NCBI GenBank assembly: GCA_002633005.1
Contig: NMRA01000611.1
Span: 94,674-158,673 of the forward strand
DNA: 64,000 nucleotides
Source: Phoronis australis
Lineage: Eukaryota; Animalia; Phoronida
Direction: 5' to 3'
Shown here: positions 63,425-64,000 of the stretch, piece after piece
Numbering within the stretch: position 1 is the first letter of the stretch
How the letters are laid out: each line of letters starts with the position of its first letter
Position numbers and translations under genes: made by a program
Notes under the pieces: generated by a model
What the model was told of the DNA's origin: nothing
Databases searched by the model: none
What the model saw: only the letters and a program-made list of their open reading frames with translations

Positions 63425-63790
63425 GTATCTCATAGAGGGAGCCAGTGGCACATCAGCCAATTGTTCTTATTGTATTATTGAAGCCTATCTCATAGGGGGA
63501 GCCAGTGGTACATCAGTTAATTGTTCTTATTGTATTATTGACGCCTATCTCATAGGGGGAGTCAGTGGTACACCAGTCAGGTGTTCTTATTACATCATTG
63601 AAGCCTATCTTTTAGGGGGAGCCAGTGGTACATCAGTTCAGTGTTCTTATTGATTGTATTATTGAAGCTTATCACATAGGGGGAGCCGTTGGTATATTAG
63701 CCAATTGTTCTTATTGTATCATTGATTGAAGAATATCTCATAAGGGGAGCGAGTGGTAATTAGTCAAGTGTTTTTATTGTATCACAGAAG
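63425..63790. repeat. ~60-bp tandem repeat, ~6 copies
   Basis: (TATCTCATAGGGGGAGCCAGTGGTACATCAG..AATTGTTCTTATTGTATTATTGAAGCC)n. Confidence 0.93.
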
Positions 63791-64000
63791 CATGACTTAA
63801 TGAAGCAAGTTACTATTCAGTCAAGAGTTCATTCTGTATCACTGACTCATGTATCACTGACTCATGGCTTATAAGTGGGGTGAATGGTGCATTACGAAGC
63901 CTATTGAGATGATGATCATTTTTCTATCTCTTATTGTCTTTTAAGAAAACAAATTTTTGTCATTGTGATCAAGACACTGCAAGATACCATATTTAGGACC

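Overview
This is eukaryotic genomic DNA from an intron-rich, AT-rich invertebrate bilaterian (possibly a lophotrochozoan; the taxon cannot be fixed from the sequence). It comes from a draft assembly with N gaps at 247, 18498, 24747-24751 and 38961. I reconstructed four spliced genes by hand from GT-AG junctions with consistent phases. (1) The 5' part of a mARC/MOSC gene (minus strand). (2) A complete RRP15 (plus, 5 exons, 261 aa), head-to-head with mARC with only 87 bp between the start codons. (3) An essentially complete SMAD4/Medea (minus, 10 coding exons, 541 aa as modelled). Its last exon appears twice across an N, probably as a haplotype artefact. (4) A large internal part of EPG5 (plus, 19 exons; first exon not found; runs off the window), divergent from SMAD4. 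Introns and intergenic DNA hold many transposon relics: a pogo/Tc1-type non-autonomous element, an RTE LINE, a decayed mariner, a pseudogenised THAP domain, Kolobok-, hAT- and Harbinger-like MITEs, tRNA-derived SINEs and minisatellites. The most unusual structure is a ~1.5 kb fold-back between the RRP15 and SMAD4 3' ends. Each arm carries a CRE palindrome fused to an outward-facing tRNA-like Pol III head. There are no prokaryotic systems here (no CRISPR array or operons). Most short ORFs in the supplied track are spurious. Family assignments come from recalled motifs, not database searches.
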